Below, piece after piece: positions 16,785 to 26,847 of a stretch of DNA of 64,000 nt. The notes below the pieces were generated by a model. The model saw only the letters and a list, made by a program, of their open reading frames with translations. It had not been told where the DNA came from and ran no database searches. Position 1 is the stretch's first letter. Every line of letters begins with the position of its first letter. This DNA comes from Fimbriimonadales bacterium (GTDB taxonomy: Bacteria; Armatimonadota; Fimbriimonadia; Fimbriimonadales; JABRVX01), in the NCBI GenBank assembly GCA_045862955.1, contig BTVI01000003.1:40762-104761 (forward strand), given 5' to 3'. Both the position numbers and the translations under genes were made by a program.

Positions 16785-17205
16785 TGTTCTTCACTCCCGA
16801 GCCACTGAGCCGCAACTTCCGTGCCGTTCGGCGCCCCCAGAATGCTTCTTGCGATGCATGCAGCTCGAATTGAGAATATCAATCTGGACCTTGAGAAATC
16901 TTAGGTCCTTTGGCTCGCAGCGCAACGAAACACAAGGTCGGAGTGTATTCTGGGCAGAGCAGGTAGCCGTGATGGAGCCTGCAGGGGAGAGCGAGGATGG
17001 AAATGGCGCTCAGTCTTACGAAGGAAGAGGCGTTTGCGCTGCTCGAGCTGGCGCTCGCCTCGGCGACGGAAGAGGACGAGGTGGGCGAGCGGGCATTGAG
17101 GAAGCTGGTAGAGGTATGCAAGCGGTACTTGAGCCAAGAGGTAGCGGTAGCCTAGGGACCGATGGGCCATCGTCCCCGAGGCTCCGGGGTAACCTCGAAG
17201 GGGAG

Positions 17206-17604
17206 GTGATCGGAGTGGCGTGTGATCGGGTTGCGCTGTCGCTGGGCATCGCGCTCGCCCTGTTTGCGGCAGGTTGCCGGCCTAGTTCCTCGGGGCGGGA
17301 GGTGGTGAAGCCCCAATCGGGTGGCGGCGCAGGCTCTCAGTTGGCTCGCAGCGACCCGTCAGCCGCGGACGGTGAAGCCCTCTTCGCCAGGCACGGCTGC
17401 ATGAACTGTCACCGATACCAGGGGAGGGGGTCGCCTACACCCGGTCCAGCGCTGGACAAAGCGGGCCAGAAAGACGCGGAATGGCACCTCGCCCATCTGC
17501 GGGACCCGCGGTCCAAGTCGCCAGATAGCGATATGCCTAGCTATGCGCATCTGCCCGACGAGGACCTCGAGGCCTTGGCCCAGTGGTTGGCGACTCGCCG
17601 GTAG
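17206..17604 (+). CDS. Mono-haem c-type cytochrome lipoprotein (CcoO/FixO-like C-terminal motif)
   Basis: It has the CMNCH haem-binding site, a DMPSY Met-ligand region, and a lipobox LFAAGC. GTG 17206 or 17215 follows GGGGAGG. The rest of ORF 16621..17604 is not credible. Confidence 0.7.
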   Translation: MIGVACDRVALSLGIALALFAAGCRPSSSGREVVKPQSGGGAGSQLARSDPSAADGEALFARHGCMNCHRYQGRGSPTPGPALDKAGQKDAEWHLAHLRDPRSKSPDSDMPSYAHLPDEDLEALAQWLATRR

Positions 17605-17778
17605 AAACGCTGTTGACTCCCGCCGAGGCGGCGTGGGATAATCCCGTCATCCCAGCGAAAAGGGGGTGGTGCAGAACGATGAGTAATTCAGATATGCGCC
17701 AGGAGGGTCGCAGGTTTTAGCGGCCGCCGGGCGCGGCGTCAGTGATGAACCGCGCCCTCCTGGCTGAAAACCTACTTC

Positions 17779-17800
17779 GCCCCGGACTTCGCTCCGGGGC
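17779..17800 (+). terminator. GC-rich hairpin (gccccgga-cttcgc-tccggggc) between the cytochrome c gene and kdsB
   Basis: An 8-bp perfect stem with a 6-nt loop, followed by gttgtactt. The U-tract is weak, and the hairpin lies only 9 nt before the kdsB ATG. Confidence 0.3.
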
Positions 17801-17809
17801 GTTGTACTT

Positions 17810-18550
17810 ATGGCTCACGTTGTCGCTGTAATCCCGGCTCGAATGGGCAGCACGCGCTTCCCGGGAAAGCCGCTTGCTCTAATAGCCGGCAAGCCCATGC
17901 TGCAGCACGTCTGGGAGCGTGTCGTAGAGGCTCGTAGCGTAGACGAGGTGTACATCTCGAGCCCGGACACCGAGATTCTGGAGGTTGCCACGCGCTTCGG
18001 CGCCGACGCGGTCCCTTCGAGCCCAGCCTGCCCCACCGGCACAGACCGGGTCGCAGAGGTTGCGGCATCCACGCTGGGTGACATCTACATCAACGTGCAA
18101 GGCGACGAGCCACTGATTCGGACGCAAGACGTGGAGGCAGTGGTGCGCCCGATGTTGCGAGATAACCCACCCGACTCCGCCAGCCTCTGCTGTCCGTGCA
18201 CCCTTCAGGAAGAAACCGATCCCAACGTGGTCAAGGTGGTGCTGGACGTGTGGGGGTATGCGCTGTACTTTTCCCGGTCGCAGGTTCCCTATCCACGTTC
18301 GCGCCAGCAGCGCGCGCTGCGACACCTAGGCATTTACGCCTTCAATCGCGAAACGATCCTGCAGTTTCCGCACCTGAAGCAGACGCCGTTGGAGAAGTCC
18401 GAAGGGTTGGAGCAGCTTCGCCTGCTAGAGCACGGCTACACGATGGCGCTCACGCGGGTCCGGCGACCAGCAGGCCCTGCGGTGGACACCCCCGAGCAAC
18501 TCGTGGAGGTCGAGCGGCTGCTATCCCGCGGGACTCGACGGTCGTCTTGA
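17810..18550 (+). CDS. kdsB: 3-deoxy-manno-octulosonate cytidylyltransferase (CMP-KDO synthetase)
   Basis: It has the N-terminal motif VIPARMGSTRFPGKPL and the length (246 aa) is typical. Confidence 0.9.
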   Translation: MAHVVAVIPARMGSTRFPGKPLALIAGKPMLQHVWERVVEARSVDEVYISSPDTEILEVATRFGADAVPSSPACPTGTDRVAEVAASTLGDIYINVQGDEPLIRTQDVEAVVRPMLRDNPPDSASLCCPCTLQEETDPNVVKVVLDVWGYALYFSRSQVPYPRSRQQRALRHLGIYAFNRETILQFPHLKQTPLEKSEGLEQLRLLEHGYTMALTRVRRPAGPAVDTPEQLVEVERLLSRGTRRSS

Positions 18551-18580
18551 GTAGTAGTTGGACGCGGGGGGTAGCGCCGG

Positions 18581-19603
18581 CTACTCGACACGGGCTTCGC
18601 CGCGGATTGCAGTGAGCAGGAAGTTCTGCACGGCGCGCTCGTCGGCAAAAGCCACCTCCTCGCGGAGCACCCACAGATCCGGCGCCCCTGGCAGCGAACG
18701 AAGCTTCACCGCGTCCTTCTCTGTGGTAACGGCCGTCATCCGGCCCAGATTGTCGAGGTCGGCAGCGCTGTAGTCATGGTGATCACCGAATCGGAGGCTG
18801 GTCACCGAGGCCCCGAGATCTCGTAGGGTCTGCTCGAAGCGCTCCGGATTTCCAATCGCTGAGACGGCCAGCACCTTCTCCCCACGAAGCAGGGCTAGTT
18901 CTCGCCGCTGTGTGCCGTCCAGCGAGCGCAACTCCTTGGGTCGCCGAGTCACATGGAACGTAGGGAGGGGAGGTAGGTTCGGGGGTGTATGGTCTCCGAC
19001 GACGAGCAGGGCACTGGCCCTCCGCAACCCACTCTTCGGCTCGCGCAGCGGGCCTGCGGGTAGGCATCGGCCGTTTCCGAAGGGGCGCGCCCCGTCCAGC
19101 ACCACGAGGTCTAGCGTGCGGGCGAGTGGCAGGTGTTGGAAGCCGTCGTCCATCAGGATCACGTCCACATCGGACCGACCAGCCACCGTTTTCGCCATCC
19201 TCACACGGTTTCTGCACACGATAATCGAGGCGTCGGGCAACGCCTCGCGCAAGAGCACCGCCTCGTCTCCCACCAGGCGAGGGTCCGCCTCTTTGCCCGG
19301 CGGCACCGCTGCACAGGGGCAGGTGCCTCCATACCCGCTGCACGAGACCAACACGCGCAGCCCTGCGCCTTGCAGAAGGTGGCCGATAGCGATGGTGACG
19401 GGGGTCTTCCCTGTCCCGCCAACCGAGATTGAGCCCACGCAGACTACGGGTACCGCAGGCTCGTGACGTTTCCGGAAGCCAAGCGCATACCACGCAAGGT
19501 ACAGCCGCCAACCCAGCGCGTACAGATGGGACGCGGGGAGGAGGGCGGCTCGCTTGAGGCGGTCGCCGTGCGCGGGCGAATCCCACAAGCCTGGCCAGTC
19601 CAT
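18581..19603 (-). CDS. lpxK: Tetraacyldisaccharide 4'-kinase
   Basis: It has the P-loop VGSISVGGTGKTP. ATG 19603 (MDWPGL...) was chosen because it avoids overlap with divergent mtaB. Confidence 0.85.
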   Translation of the reverse strand: MDWPGLWDSPAHGDRLKRAALLPASHLYALGWRLYLAWYALGFRKRHEPAVPVVCVGSISVGGTGKTPVTIAIGHLLQGAGLRVLVSCSGYGGTCPCAAVPPGKEADPRLVGDEAVLLREALPDASIIVCRNRVRMAKTVAGRSDVDVILMDDGFQHLPLARTLDLVVLDGARPFGNGRCLPAGPLREPKSGLRRASALLVVGDHTPPNLPPLPTFHVTRRPKELRSLDGTQRRELALLRGEKVLAVSAIGNPERFEQTLRDLGASVTSLRFGDHHDYSAADLDNLGRMTAVTTEKDAVKLRSLPGAPDLWVLREEVAFADERAVQNFLLTAIRGEARVE

Positions 19604-19644
19604 GGGCGGATTATGGCACCCGGCCCGTCGGGTAGGATCGGCGC

Positions 19645-20973
19645 GTGCTGACGGCTGCATTCACCACGCTAGGCTGCAAGGTCAACCAATACGAGACGCG
19701 TCGCATCGCCGAGAGCTTCGAGCGTCGGGGATTTCGCGTGGTGCCCTTCGAGGAGGCTGCCAGCGTGTACGTGGTGAACACCTGCTCCGTGACTGCGGTT
19801 GCGTCCAGCAAATCGCGGCAGATCCTGCGGCGGGCGAGACGCACCAACCCAGCCGCGAAGGTCGTGGTGACCGGATGCGAAGCGCATGCTGCGGCACGCG
19901 CGGGACGCCTGCTGCCAGAGGCCGACCTGGTAGTGCCAAACCCCGAGAAGTTGGAGACCATCTCGCACTTCCTGCGCGCGTTTCCAGAGTACGCCGCTCG
20001 TGCTGCCGCTCCGTGTGCCGATGTAACGCTCCCACGGCCACAGCGACGCACGCGTGCGGTGGTGAAGGTCCAGGACGGATGCAACGTCTTCTGTTCCTAC
20101 TGCTCGATCCCCTATACCCGTCCCGTACTTTCGAGTAGGCCTTGGCGTGACGTCGTGGAAGAGGTCGAAGAACTGGTAGCCGAGGGACATCGCGAGGTGG
20201 TACTGACCGGCGTGCTGATCGGCGACTACGGACCACACACCGGGAGCGGCGGGCCGAACCTGAGCGGACTGTGCGCCGAACTCGCGGACATTCGACGCTT
20301 GCAGCGCATCCGTATCAGCTCCATCGAGGTGACACAGGTCTCCGACGAGTTGATACGCCTGATGCGCGAAGAGCCCAAGATGTGCCCGCACCTGCACATC
20401 CCACTGCAGTCCGGCAGCGACCGGGTGTTGAGTGGCATGGGACGGCCTTACTCTCGCGACGAGTACGTAGCGAGGTGCTCGGAGGCGAAGGCTAGCGTGC
20501 GTGACCTGGCCATCACCACGGACATCATGGTAGGGTTTCCGACGGAGGACGAGACCGCGCTGGGTGACACCGTGAGAGTCGTCGAAAGAGTGGGATACCT
20601 GTCAGCACATGTGTTCCGATACTCTCCTCGGCCGGGCACACCCGCCGAGGCGCTGGGAGACTCCGTGCCGCACGAGGAGAAGATGCGGAGAAGCAGGATC
20701 GTGTGCGAGGCCGCAGCTCGCTCTGGTCGCGCCTACCGAGCCGGGTTCATCGGGCGCCCAGTGCGAGTGTTAGTGGAAAGTGTGCAACGAGCGTCGGGGC
20801 TGTTGAAAGGACACTCCGACAACTACCTCGAAGTGGAGTTCCCCGGGTCCGGTGAGCTGGTAGGTGATCTCGTCACGGTGCGAGTTCTCGCTGACGGCCC
20901 TCACTGCCTGTCGGGGGAGATCATGGAACCACACAATGCAAGGAGGACGAATGGACGGCTGCATATTCTGTAA
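19645..20973 (+). CDS. mtaB: tRNA t6A37 methylthiotransferase (MtaB-type radical SAM MTTase)
   Basis: It has the N-terminal TLGCKVNQYE, the radical-SAM motif CNVFCSYC, and a C-terminal TRAM-like segment. Confidence 0.8.
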   Translation: MLTAAFTTLGCKVNQYETRRIAESFERRGFRVVPFEEAASVYVVNTCSVTAVASSKSRQILRRARRTNPAAKVVVTGCEAHAAARAGRLLPEADLVVPNPEKLETISHFLRAFPEYAARAAAPCADVTLPRPQRRTRAVVKVQDGCNVFCSYCSIPYTRPVLSSRPWRDVVEEVEELVAEGHREVVLTGVLIGDYGPHTGSGGPNLSGLCAELADIRRLQRIRISSIEVTQVSDELIRLMREEPKMCPHLHIPLQSGSDRVLSGMGRPYSRDEYVARCSEAKASVRDLAITTDIMVGFPTEDETALGDTVRVVERVGYLSAHVFRYSPRPGTPAEALGDSVPHEEKMRRSRIVCEAAARSGRAYRAGFIGRPVRVLVESVQRASGLLKGHSDNYLEVEFPGSGELVGDLVTVRVLADGPHCLSGEIMEPHNARRTNGRLHIL

Positions 20974-21295
20974 GATCGCGTCGAAGGAGGCACCCTCTCA
21001 ATACGTTCACGAGACCGAGTACACGGTGGCTTTTCGCGATCTGAATCCCGTTGCGCCTTCGCACATTCTGATCATCCCAAAGCGGCACATACTTAACCTG
21101 GACGCCGCCTCCGCAGAGGACGCAACGCTGCTCGGCGAGATACTACTAGTAGCTGCTGCGATCGCGCGCAGTGAGGGATTCGCAGAGAACGGCTATCGGG
21201 TCGTACTGAACGTTGGGCCGGATGGCGGGCAGACCGTCGGCCATCTCCACGCGCACTTACTGGCCGGCCGCCACCTCACCTGGCCCCCGGGGTAG
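20951..21295 (+). CDS. HIT (histidine triad) family nucleotide hydrolase
   Basis: It has the GHLHAHLL triad and an N-terminal CIFCKI. ATG 20951 follows AGGAGGA. Confidence 0.9.
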   Translation: MDGCIFCKIASKEAPSQYVHETEYTVAFRDLNPVAPSHILIIPKRHILNLDAASAEDATLLGEILLVAAAIARSEGFAENGYRVVLNVGPDGGQTVGHLHAHLLAGRHLTWPPG

Positions 21296-21301
21296 TAAAC
21301 A

Positions 21302-23659
21302 TCAGACGTCGTCGTGTTCGGTGCGCGCGATGATCTCGTCTTGCAGTGACTCGCTCAGGTCGCAGAAGTAATCGCTGTAGCCGGCCACACGCACGATCAG
21401 GTCGCGGTGCTTCTCGGGGTGCCGCTTCGCGTCGCGCAGCGTGTCGGCAGTTACTACGTTGAACTGCATGTGGTGGCCGTCCAGACGGAAGTAGGTGCGG
21501 ACCAGATGTCCTAGCCGCTCGATGCCGTCGTCGCCTTCCAACACTTTCGGCGTGAACTTCATGTTCAGCAGCGTACCTCCGGTCCGTAAGTGGTCCATCT
21601 TCGCAGCGGACTTGATTACCGCTGTCGGGCCGTGCCGATCCGCACCCTGCACCGGAGAGATGCCCTCGGAGAGGGGCTCCCCTGCCCTGCGTCCGTCCGG
21701 CGTCGCGCCCGTCACCGAGCCGAAGTACACGTGACACGTGGTAGGCAACATGTTTATGCGATAGCAGCCACCGCGCGTGTTCGGACGGCCGTTAACGGCA
21801 TCGTAGTAAGCATTGAACACGGCTACCATCAGGTCGTCGGCGCAGTCATCGTCGTTGCCGTACTTCGGGCTCTTGTTCACGAGCATCTGCCTGAGCGGCT
21901 CATGCCCCTCGAAGCCGCAAGCTAACGCAGCCAGCAACTCGCTGATGCCGACCGACCGTCTCTCGAACACGTGGTGACGGATCGCAGCCAGCGAGTCGGT
22001 GATAGTGCCTATACCCACCCCCTGCAAGTAGCTAGTATTGTAGCGTGCGCCACCGGCGTTATAGTCCTTCGCGTTCTCGATGCAGTCGTCGATGATCACC
22101 GAAAGGAACGGCGCCGGCATGCGCTGCGCATACAGACGTTCGATGACGTTGCTGCCACGTAGCTTGACGTCCACGAAGTGCCGCATCTGCGCTACGAACG
22201 CCCCCATCAGCTGCTCGAAGCTCTGGAAGGTAGCGGGGGCGCCAGTCTCGAGCCCAATCCGCTTCCCGGTCCTGGGATCGACGCCGTTGTTCAGTGCGAT
22301 CTCTAGCACCTTCGGCAGGTTGAAGTAGCCTGTTAGTATGTACGCCTCTTTGCCGAACGCACCCGTCTCCACACAGCCGCTGGTGCCGCCACAACGCGCA
22401 TCCTCCAAGCTCTTGCCTTGACGCAACAACTCTTCCACTACCGCGTCGGCGTTGAACAGTGATGGTTGCCCCCAGCCCTTGCGCACGATCTTCAGTGCAC
22501 GGCGAAGGAGCCTTTCAGGATTGCGTTTGCTAAGCTGTATGTTCGTGCTAGGTTGCAGCAGGCGCATCTCGTCCACTACGTCCAGCATCAAAAAGGTGAC
22601 ATCGTTCACTCCATCCGAGCCATCCGGCCGCAATCCGCCGTGGCTGATGTTGGCAAAGTCGGTGTAGGTGCCACTCTCGGCAGCGGTAACACCAACCTTC
22701 GGGGGTGCAGGCTGGTTGTTGAACTTCACCCACAGGCACTGCAGCAGCTCCTTGGCCGCTTCCTCTGTTAGCGACCCATCTTCCAGCCCTCGCTGATAGA
22801 AGGGTAATAGGTGCTGGTCGAGCCGACCGGGGCTGAAGGAATCCCAAGTGTTCAGCTCGGTGATGACTCCCAGATGGACGAACCAGTACATCTGTAGCGC
22901 CTCGTGGAAGTTCCGTGGAGCGTTGGCTGGCACGTGCCGGCAAACCTCGGCGATACGTAGCAGTTCGGCCTTCCGTGTGACGTCTGCTTCTTGTGCCGCT
23001 TGCCTCTCAGCCTCTTCGGCGTGACGCTCGGCGAAGCGAATCAGTGCCTCACAGCACACCGACATGGCCCGCAACTGCTCCAGCTTGGCGAACGCTTCTG
23101 GGTCTGTTAGAAAGTCTAGCTGCTCGATGCGCGCTGCGATACGCTGCTGGAAGTCTCGCAGTCCGTAGTGATAGATCTTGTCGTCGGCGACAGTGTGGCC
23201 GGGAGCTCGCTGCTCCATGAACTCCGTGAAGATGCCGGCACCGTATGCGTCTTTCCACTCCGGCGTCATGGCATCGAAGATGGCTTCTCGCAAGCTCTTT
23301 CCCTTCCAGTAGGGGATAATCGTCGTCTCGTAAGCCTTGCGCGTATCTTCGTCCACGGCATAGGGGATCTTCTCGCGCGAGTCGAGGAGGTCCAAGTCGT
23401 CGAGGGTGTGGCAGCACAGCTCCGGGTAGGTGGGAGTGGCCTTCGGCGCGGGTCCTCGCTCGCCAACGATCAGCTCCCCGGGGCCGACATAGATGGTCTT
23501 GTGCTCCATTAGGTGCTGGAAGGCTCGCGCCCTAAGCATTGGGGGCGACATCGATCCGGCGTTGGCATAGAACTGGGTCATCAACAGCGCGCGCTCTGCC
23601 GAGATGCGTGGCTTCGCCCGGAGGCTCTCTTCCCTCAGCTTTTCGACACGATGGTTCAT
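21302..23659 (-). CDS. Glycyl radical enzyme, PFL2 / glycerol-dehydratase-like (1,2-eliminase type), substrate unknown
   Basis: The 785-aa product has the C-terminal glycyl-radical motif RVAGYSDYF and the Cys loop GGTSGCVETG (thiyl Cys with Glu two residues on). Confidence 0.9.
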   Translation of the reverse strand: MNHRVEKLREESLRAKPRISAERALLMTQFYANAGSMSPPMLRARAFQHLMEHKTIYVGPGELIVGERGPAPKATPTYPELCCHTLDDLDLLDSREKIPYAVDEDTRKAYETTIIPYWKGKSLREAIFDAMTPEWKDAYGAGIFTEFMEQRAPGHTVADDKIYHYGLRDFQQRIAARIEQLDFLTDPEAFAKLEQLRAMSVCCEALIRFAERHAEEAERQAAQEADVTRKAELLRIAEVCRHVPANAPRNFHEALQMYWFVHLGVITELNTWDSFSPGRLDQHLLPFYQRGLEDGSLTEEAAKELLQCLWVKFNNQPAPPKVGVTAAESGTYTDFANISHGGLRPDGSDGVNDVTFLMLDVVDEMRLLQPSTNIQLSKRNPERLLRRALKIVRKGWGQPSLFNADAVVEELLRQGKSLEDARCGGTSGCVETGAFGKEAYILTGYFNLPKVLEIALNNGVDPRTGKRIGLETGAPATFQSFEQLMGAFVAQMRHFVDVKLRGSNVIERLYAQRMPAPFLSVIIDDCIENAKDYNAGGARYNTSYLQGVGIGTITDSLAAIRHHVFERRSVGISELLAALACGFEGHEPLRQMLVNKSPKYGNDDDCADDLMVAVFNAYYDAVNGRPNTRGGCYRINMLPTTCHVYFGSVTGATPDGRRAGEPLSEGISPVQGADRHGPTAVIKSAAKMDHLRTGGTLLNMKFTPKVLEGDDGIERLGHLVRTYFRLDGHHMQFNVVTADTLRDAKRHPEKHRDLIVRVAGYSDYFCDLSESLQDEIIARTEHDDV

Positions 23660-23662
23660 CGT

Positions 23663-24547
23663 CTACGCTCCTATCGAAACCTGAAGCCCCTCGCGGGCCA
23701 CGAGGCGGCGCATCAGCTCCAAGTCCTCTGGTGATTGTGTCTCCATCGGGGGAAGGTGGTAGTCGTAGCCGAGGCGAGCGTGCTTATCGGCGGCCATCTT
23801 ATGGAAGGGCAACAGATCAACCCGCGTCACACCGAGGGACTGCACGAACTCACCGATGGCCGACAGATTCTCCTCGGTGTCCGTGATACCGGGAATGAGG
23901 GGCACCCGCACGATGACCTCCGAGCCCAGTGCCACGAGCTCGCGCAGGTTCTGCAAGATCATCTTGTTCGAGACGCCGGTGTAGATCCGATGCTGCTCGG
24001 CATCCATCAGCTTCAGGTCATACAGAAACAGGTCGGTATGTCGAGCGATCTCGCGGACGGTGGCGGTCGGAGCAAAGCCCGTGGTGTCCACCACCGTGTG
24101 TAGATCTTTCGCCCGGCAGGCAGACAGTACGCTCCCCAGAAACTCCGCCTGGAGTAGCGGTTCTCCGCCCGAAAAGGTAACGCCCCCGCCCGATTCCTGG
24201 TAGAAATCCCGGTCCTTCTCCATTTCGCGTAGCAGCTCGGGCACCGTGTACACACGTCCTACGATTTCACGTGCGCCCGTGGGGCAGGCCTCGACGCAGT
24301 CGCCGCACAGCACACACAACAGGCGGTTTTGCACCGCGCCAACCTTGCAGGAGCGAACGCAGGACCCGCAACGGATGCATCTTCCCTCCGTGAATGCTAT
24401 CTCCCGTTCCGGAGCCCGGCTCTCCGGGTTGTGGCACCATGGACACGCGAGAGGGCAACCTTTGAGGAACACAGTGGTCCGTATGCCCGGCCCATCGTGG
24501 GTCGAGAAGCGCTGGATGTTAAATACGGTACCTGTGATTTCTTTCAC
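23663..24547 (-). CDS. Glycyl-radical enzyme activating protein (radical SAM, two auxiliary ferredoxin-type clusters)
   Basis: It has the CPLACPWCHNPE radical-SAM site plus CIRCGSCVRSC and CVLCGDCVEAC. It lies immediately upstream of the GRE. Confidence 0.9.
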   Translation of the reverse strand: MKEITGTVFNIQRFSTHDGPGIRTTVFLKGCPLACPWCHNPESRAPEREIAFTEGRCIRCGSCVRSCKVGAVQNRLLCVLCGDCVEACPTGAREIVGRVYTVPELLREMEKDRDFYQESGGGVTFSGGEPLLQAEFLGSVLSACRAKDLHTVVDTTGFAPTATVREIARHTDLFLYDLKLMDAEQHRIYTGVSNKMILQNLRELVALGSEVIVRVPLIPGITDTEENLSAIGEFVQSLGVTRVDLLPFHKMAADKHARLGYDYHLPPMETQSPEDLELMRRLVAREGLQVSIGA

Positions 24548-24681
24548 GAGATGTGGTCGAGTGCCCAGAGGTTCGCCCGCTCACCGCCCATTGTATCGCA
24601 GGAGCAGGCTCGTTTCGGGCGCAGGACGCCCGATTCCATCGCAGGGCCCAGTGGGACTTCGCGCAATAGGCCACAAAGGGG

Positions 24682-24705
24682 TAGAATGGGCTCAATAATA
24701 GGAGG
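24682..24705 (+). promoter_or_regulatory. Candidate -10 (TAGAAT 24682-24687) and RBS AGGAGG (24700-24705) for acs
   Basis: Read directly. The RBS lies 8 nt before ATG 24714. There is no convincing -35. Confidence 0.3.
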
Positions 24706-24713
24706 TTTGCCCT

Positions 24714-26675
24714 ATGTCCGTTGACCAGACTGCGATTAAGGCGCTGCTCGAAGAGAATCGCACCTTTCCTCCCTCCCCCGAGTTCGTGGCCCAGGCCAAC
24801 GTTTCGGATCCTTCGGTCTATGAGCGAGCCGAAGCCGATCCGGAGGGCTTCTGGGCCGAGTTCGCCAGGGAGCTCCACTGGTACAAGCCTTGGGATACGG
24901 TGTTGGAGTGGAACCCGCCGCATGCGAAGTGGTTCATCGGCGGCAAGTTGAACGCTTCGTACAACTGTCTCGAGCGCATCATCGCCCAGGGCAAGGGGGA
25001 CAAGATTGCTCTGCTGTTCGAGGGAGAGCCTGGCGATAGCCGGACTCTAACCTACAACGAGATGCTCGAGCAGACTAACAAGCTTGCCAACACGCTGAAG
25101 TCCATGGGGGTTCAGAAGGGCGATCGGGTGTGCATCTATATGCCGATGATCCCGGAGCTCGTGATCTCCCTACTGGCCTGCGCTCGGATTGGCGCTCCGC
25201 ACTCCGTGGTCTTTGGCGGGTTCAGCGCTCAGAGTCTCGTGGACCGTATCACGGACGCTGATGCGCACTACGTGATCACTGCCGATGGAGGCTACCGCCG
25301 AGGAAAGGTGGTTCACCTAAAAGCTGCGGTGGACGAGGCACTGAAGAACTGCCCGAACGTCAAGGCTACGCTAGTGTACGAGCGCATCGGCAAGCCCGAC
25401 GTTTGCCCCGTGAACATGGTAGAGGGCCGAGACCACTGGTGGCAGACGCTCATGGCCCAGGCTTCCGACGTGTGCGAGCCCGAGCCGATGGATGCGGAAG
25501 ACGTGCTTTACATCCTCTACACGAGTGGCTCGACCGGAAAGCCGAAAGGAATCGTGCACACCACGGGCGGCTATCTCGTCGGGGCCTATGCCACCGCCAA
25601 GTGGACCTTCGACCTGAAGGACAGCGACATCTACTGGTGTACGGCGGACATCGGGTGGGTGACTGGACACACCTATATCGTGTATGGAGCGATGGCTAAC
25701 GGCGTGACGCAGGTGCTGTACGAGGGAGCTCCGGACTGGCCAGAGCAGGATCGATTCTGGGAGATCGTCGAGAAGTATAAGGTCACGATCATGTACACCG
25801 CTCCCACCGCGATCCGCGCATTCATGAAGTGGGGCGACCACCTTCCGGCCAAGCACGACCTGTCGTCGCTTCGTCTTCTCGGCACGGTCGGCGAGCCGAT
25901 CAATCCCGAAGCGTGGATGTGGTACTACGAGCACATCGGCGGCTCGCGAGTACCCATCGTGGACACATGGTGGCAGACGGAGACGGGGCATCTGCTCATC
26001 ACCCCGCTGCCAGGCATCACGGCCACGAAGCCCGGCTCCGCATGCCGCGCGTTCCCGGGAATCGGTGTGGACGTGATCGACGAGGCCGGCAACAGCGTGC
26101 CCAACGGCAGCGCCGGGTACCTAATCCTCACGCGCCCGTGGCCCGGCATGCTCCGCACCATCCACAACGACCCGGAGCGCTACGTGCGGCAGTACTGGTC
26201 CCAGTATCCGGGCCGCTACTTCACCGGTGACGGGGCGAAGAAGGACAAGGACGGCTACCTGTGGCTGCTCGGCCGCGTGGACGACGTGATGAACGTCGCC
26301 GGCCACCGTCTCAGCACCATGGAGATCGAGTCGGCTCTGGTGGACCACCCAGCCGTTGCGGAAGCTGCAGTCATCGGGAAGGACGACCCATTGAAGGGCC
26401 AGGCCGTAGCAGCGTTCGTGATCCTGAAGCAAGGCTACGAGCGCTCGGAAGAGCTGATCAGCGAACTCAAAAAGCACGTGGGAACGAAGATCGGTCCCAT
26501 TGCGCGGCCGGACGACATCATCGTGACCGCGGAGCTTCCGAAGACGCGGTCGGGCAAGATCATGCGGCGTTTGCTTCGTGACGTGGCCGAGGGGCGTGCG
26601 TTGGGCGATACCACCACGCTTGCAGACCCCGCGGTGGTCGCGGCCCTGAAGCAGAAGTACTCGGACGAGGGGTAG
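24714..26675 (+). CDS. acs: Acetyl-CoA synthetase (AMP-forming)
   Basis: The 653-aa product has [11 protein letters not shown] and a C-terminal [11 protein letters not shown] carrying the acylatable Lys. Confidence 0.95.
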   Translation: MSVDQTAIKALLEENRTFPPSPEFVAQANVSDPSVYERAEADPEGFWAEFARELHWYKPWDTVLEWNPPHAKWFIGGKLNASYNCLERIIAQGKGDKIALLFEGEPGDSRTLTYNEMLEQTNKLANTLKSMGVQKGDRVCIYMPMIPELVISLLACARIGAPHSVVFGGFSAQSLVDRITDADAHYVITADGGYRRGKVVHLKAAVDEALKNCPNVKATLVYERIGKPDVCPVNMVEGRDHWWQTLMAQASDVCEPEPMDAEDVLYILYTSGSTGKPKGIVHTTGGYLVGAYATAKWTFDLKDSDIYWCTADIGWVTGHTYIVYGAMANGVTQVLYEGAPDWPEQDRFWEIVEKYKVTIMYTAPTAIRAFMKWGDHLPAKHDLSSLRLLGTVGEPINPEAWMWYYEHIGGSRVPIVDTWWQTETGHLLITPLPGITATKPGSACRAFPGIGVDVIDEAGNSVPNGSAGYLILTRPWPGMLRTIHNDPERYVRQYWSQYPGRYFTGDGAKKDKDGYLWLLGRVDDVMNVAGHRLSTMEIESALVDHPAVAEAAVIGKDDPLKGQAVAAFVILKQGYERSEELISELKKHVGTKIGPIARPDDIIVTAELPKTRSGKIMRRLLRDVAEGRALGDTTTLADPAVVAALKQKYSDEG

Positions 26676-26847
26676 AGTTCCCCGCTTCGTGACGTAGGTT
26701 AGGTCGGGGCGGTCCTCCGGGCCGCCCCCATCGCATCGCAGTAGGCTGTCGCTCGTAACTGCCGGATGGCAAGCGGTTGCTAAGTGCCTTTCCGAGCCTT
26801 CGCGGGTCCCCCGGCAGTGGCTGTCTTCCCGAGCTAGTCGCGGCTCC

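Noticed and set aside
16997-17155. 52-aa acidic helical ORF (MEMALSLTKEEAFALLELALASATEEDEVGERALRKLVEVCKRYLSQEVAVA) upstream of the cytochrome c gene
   Set aside because: It is plausible but too short to support without conservation or expression data, so it is not reported as a feature.
16621-17604. 327-aa ORF in the track
   Set aside because: Its first ~195 codons are antisense to, or upstream of, the pseudopilin gene and have no protein-like features. Only the last ~130 codons (lipobox plus CMNCH cytochrome c domain) are credible.
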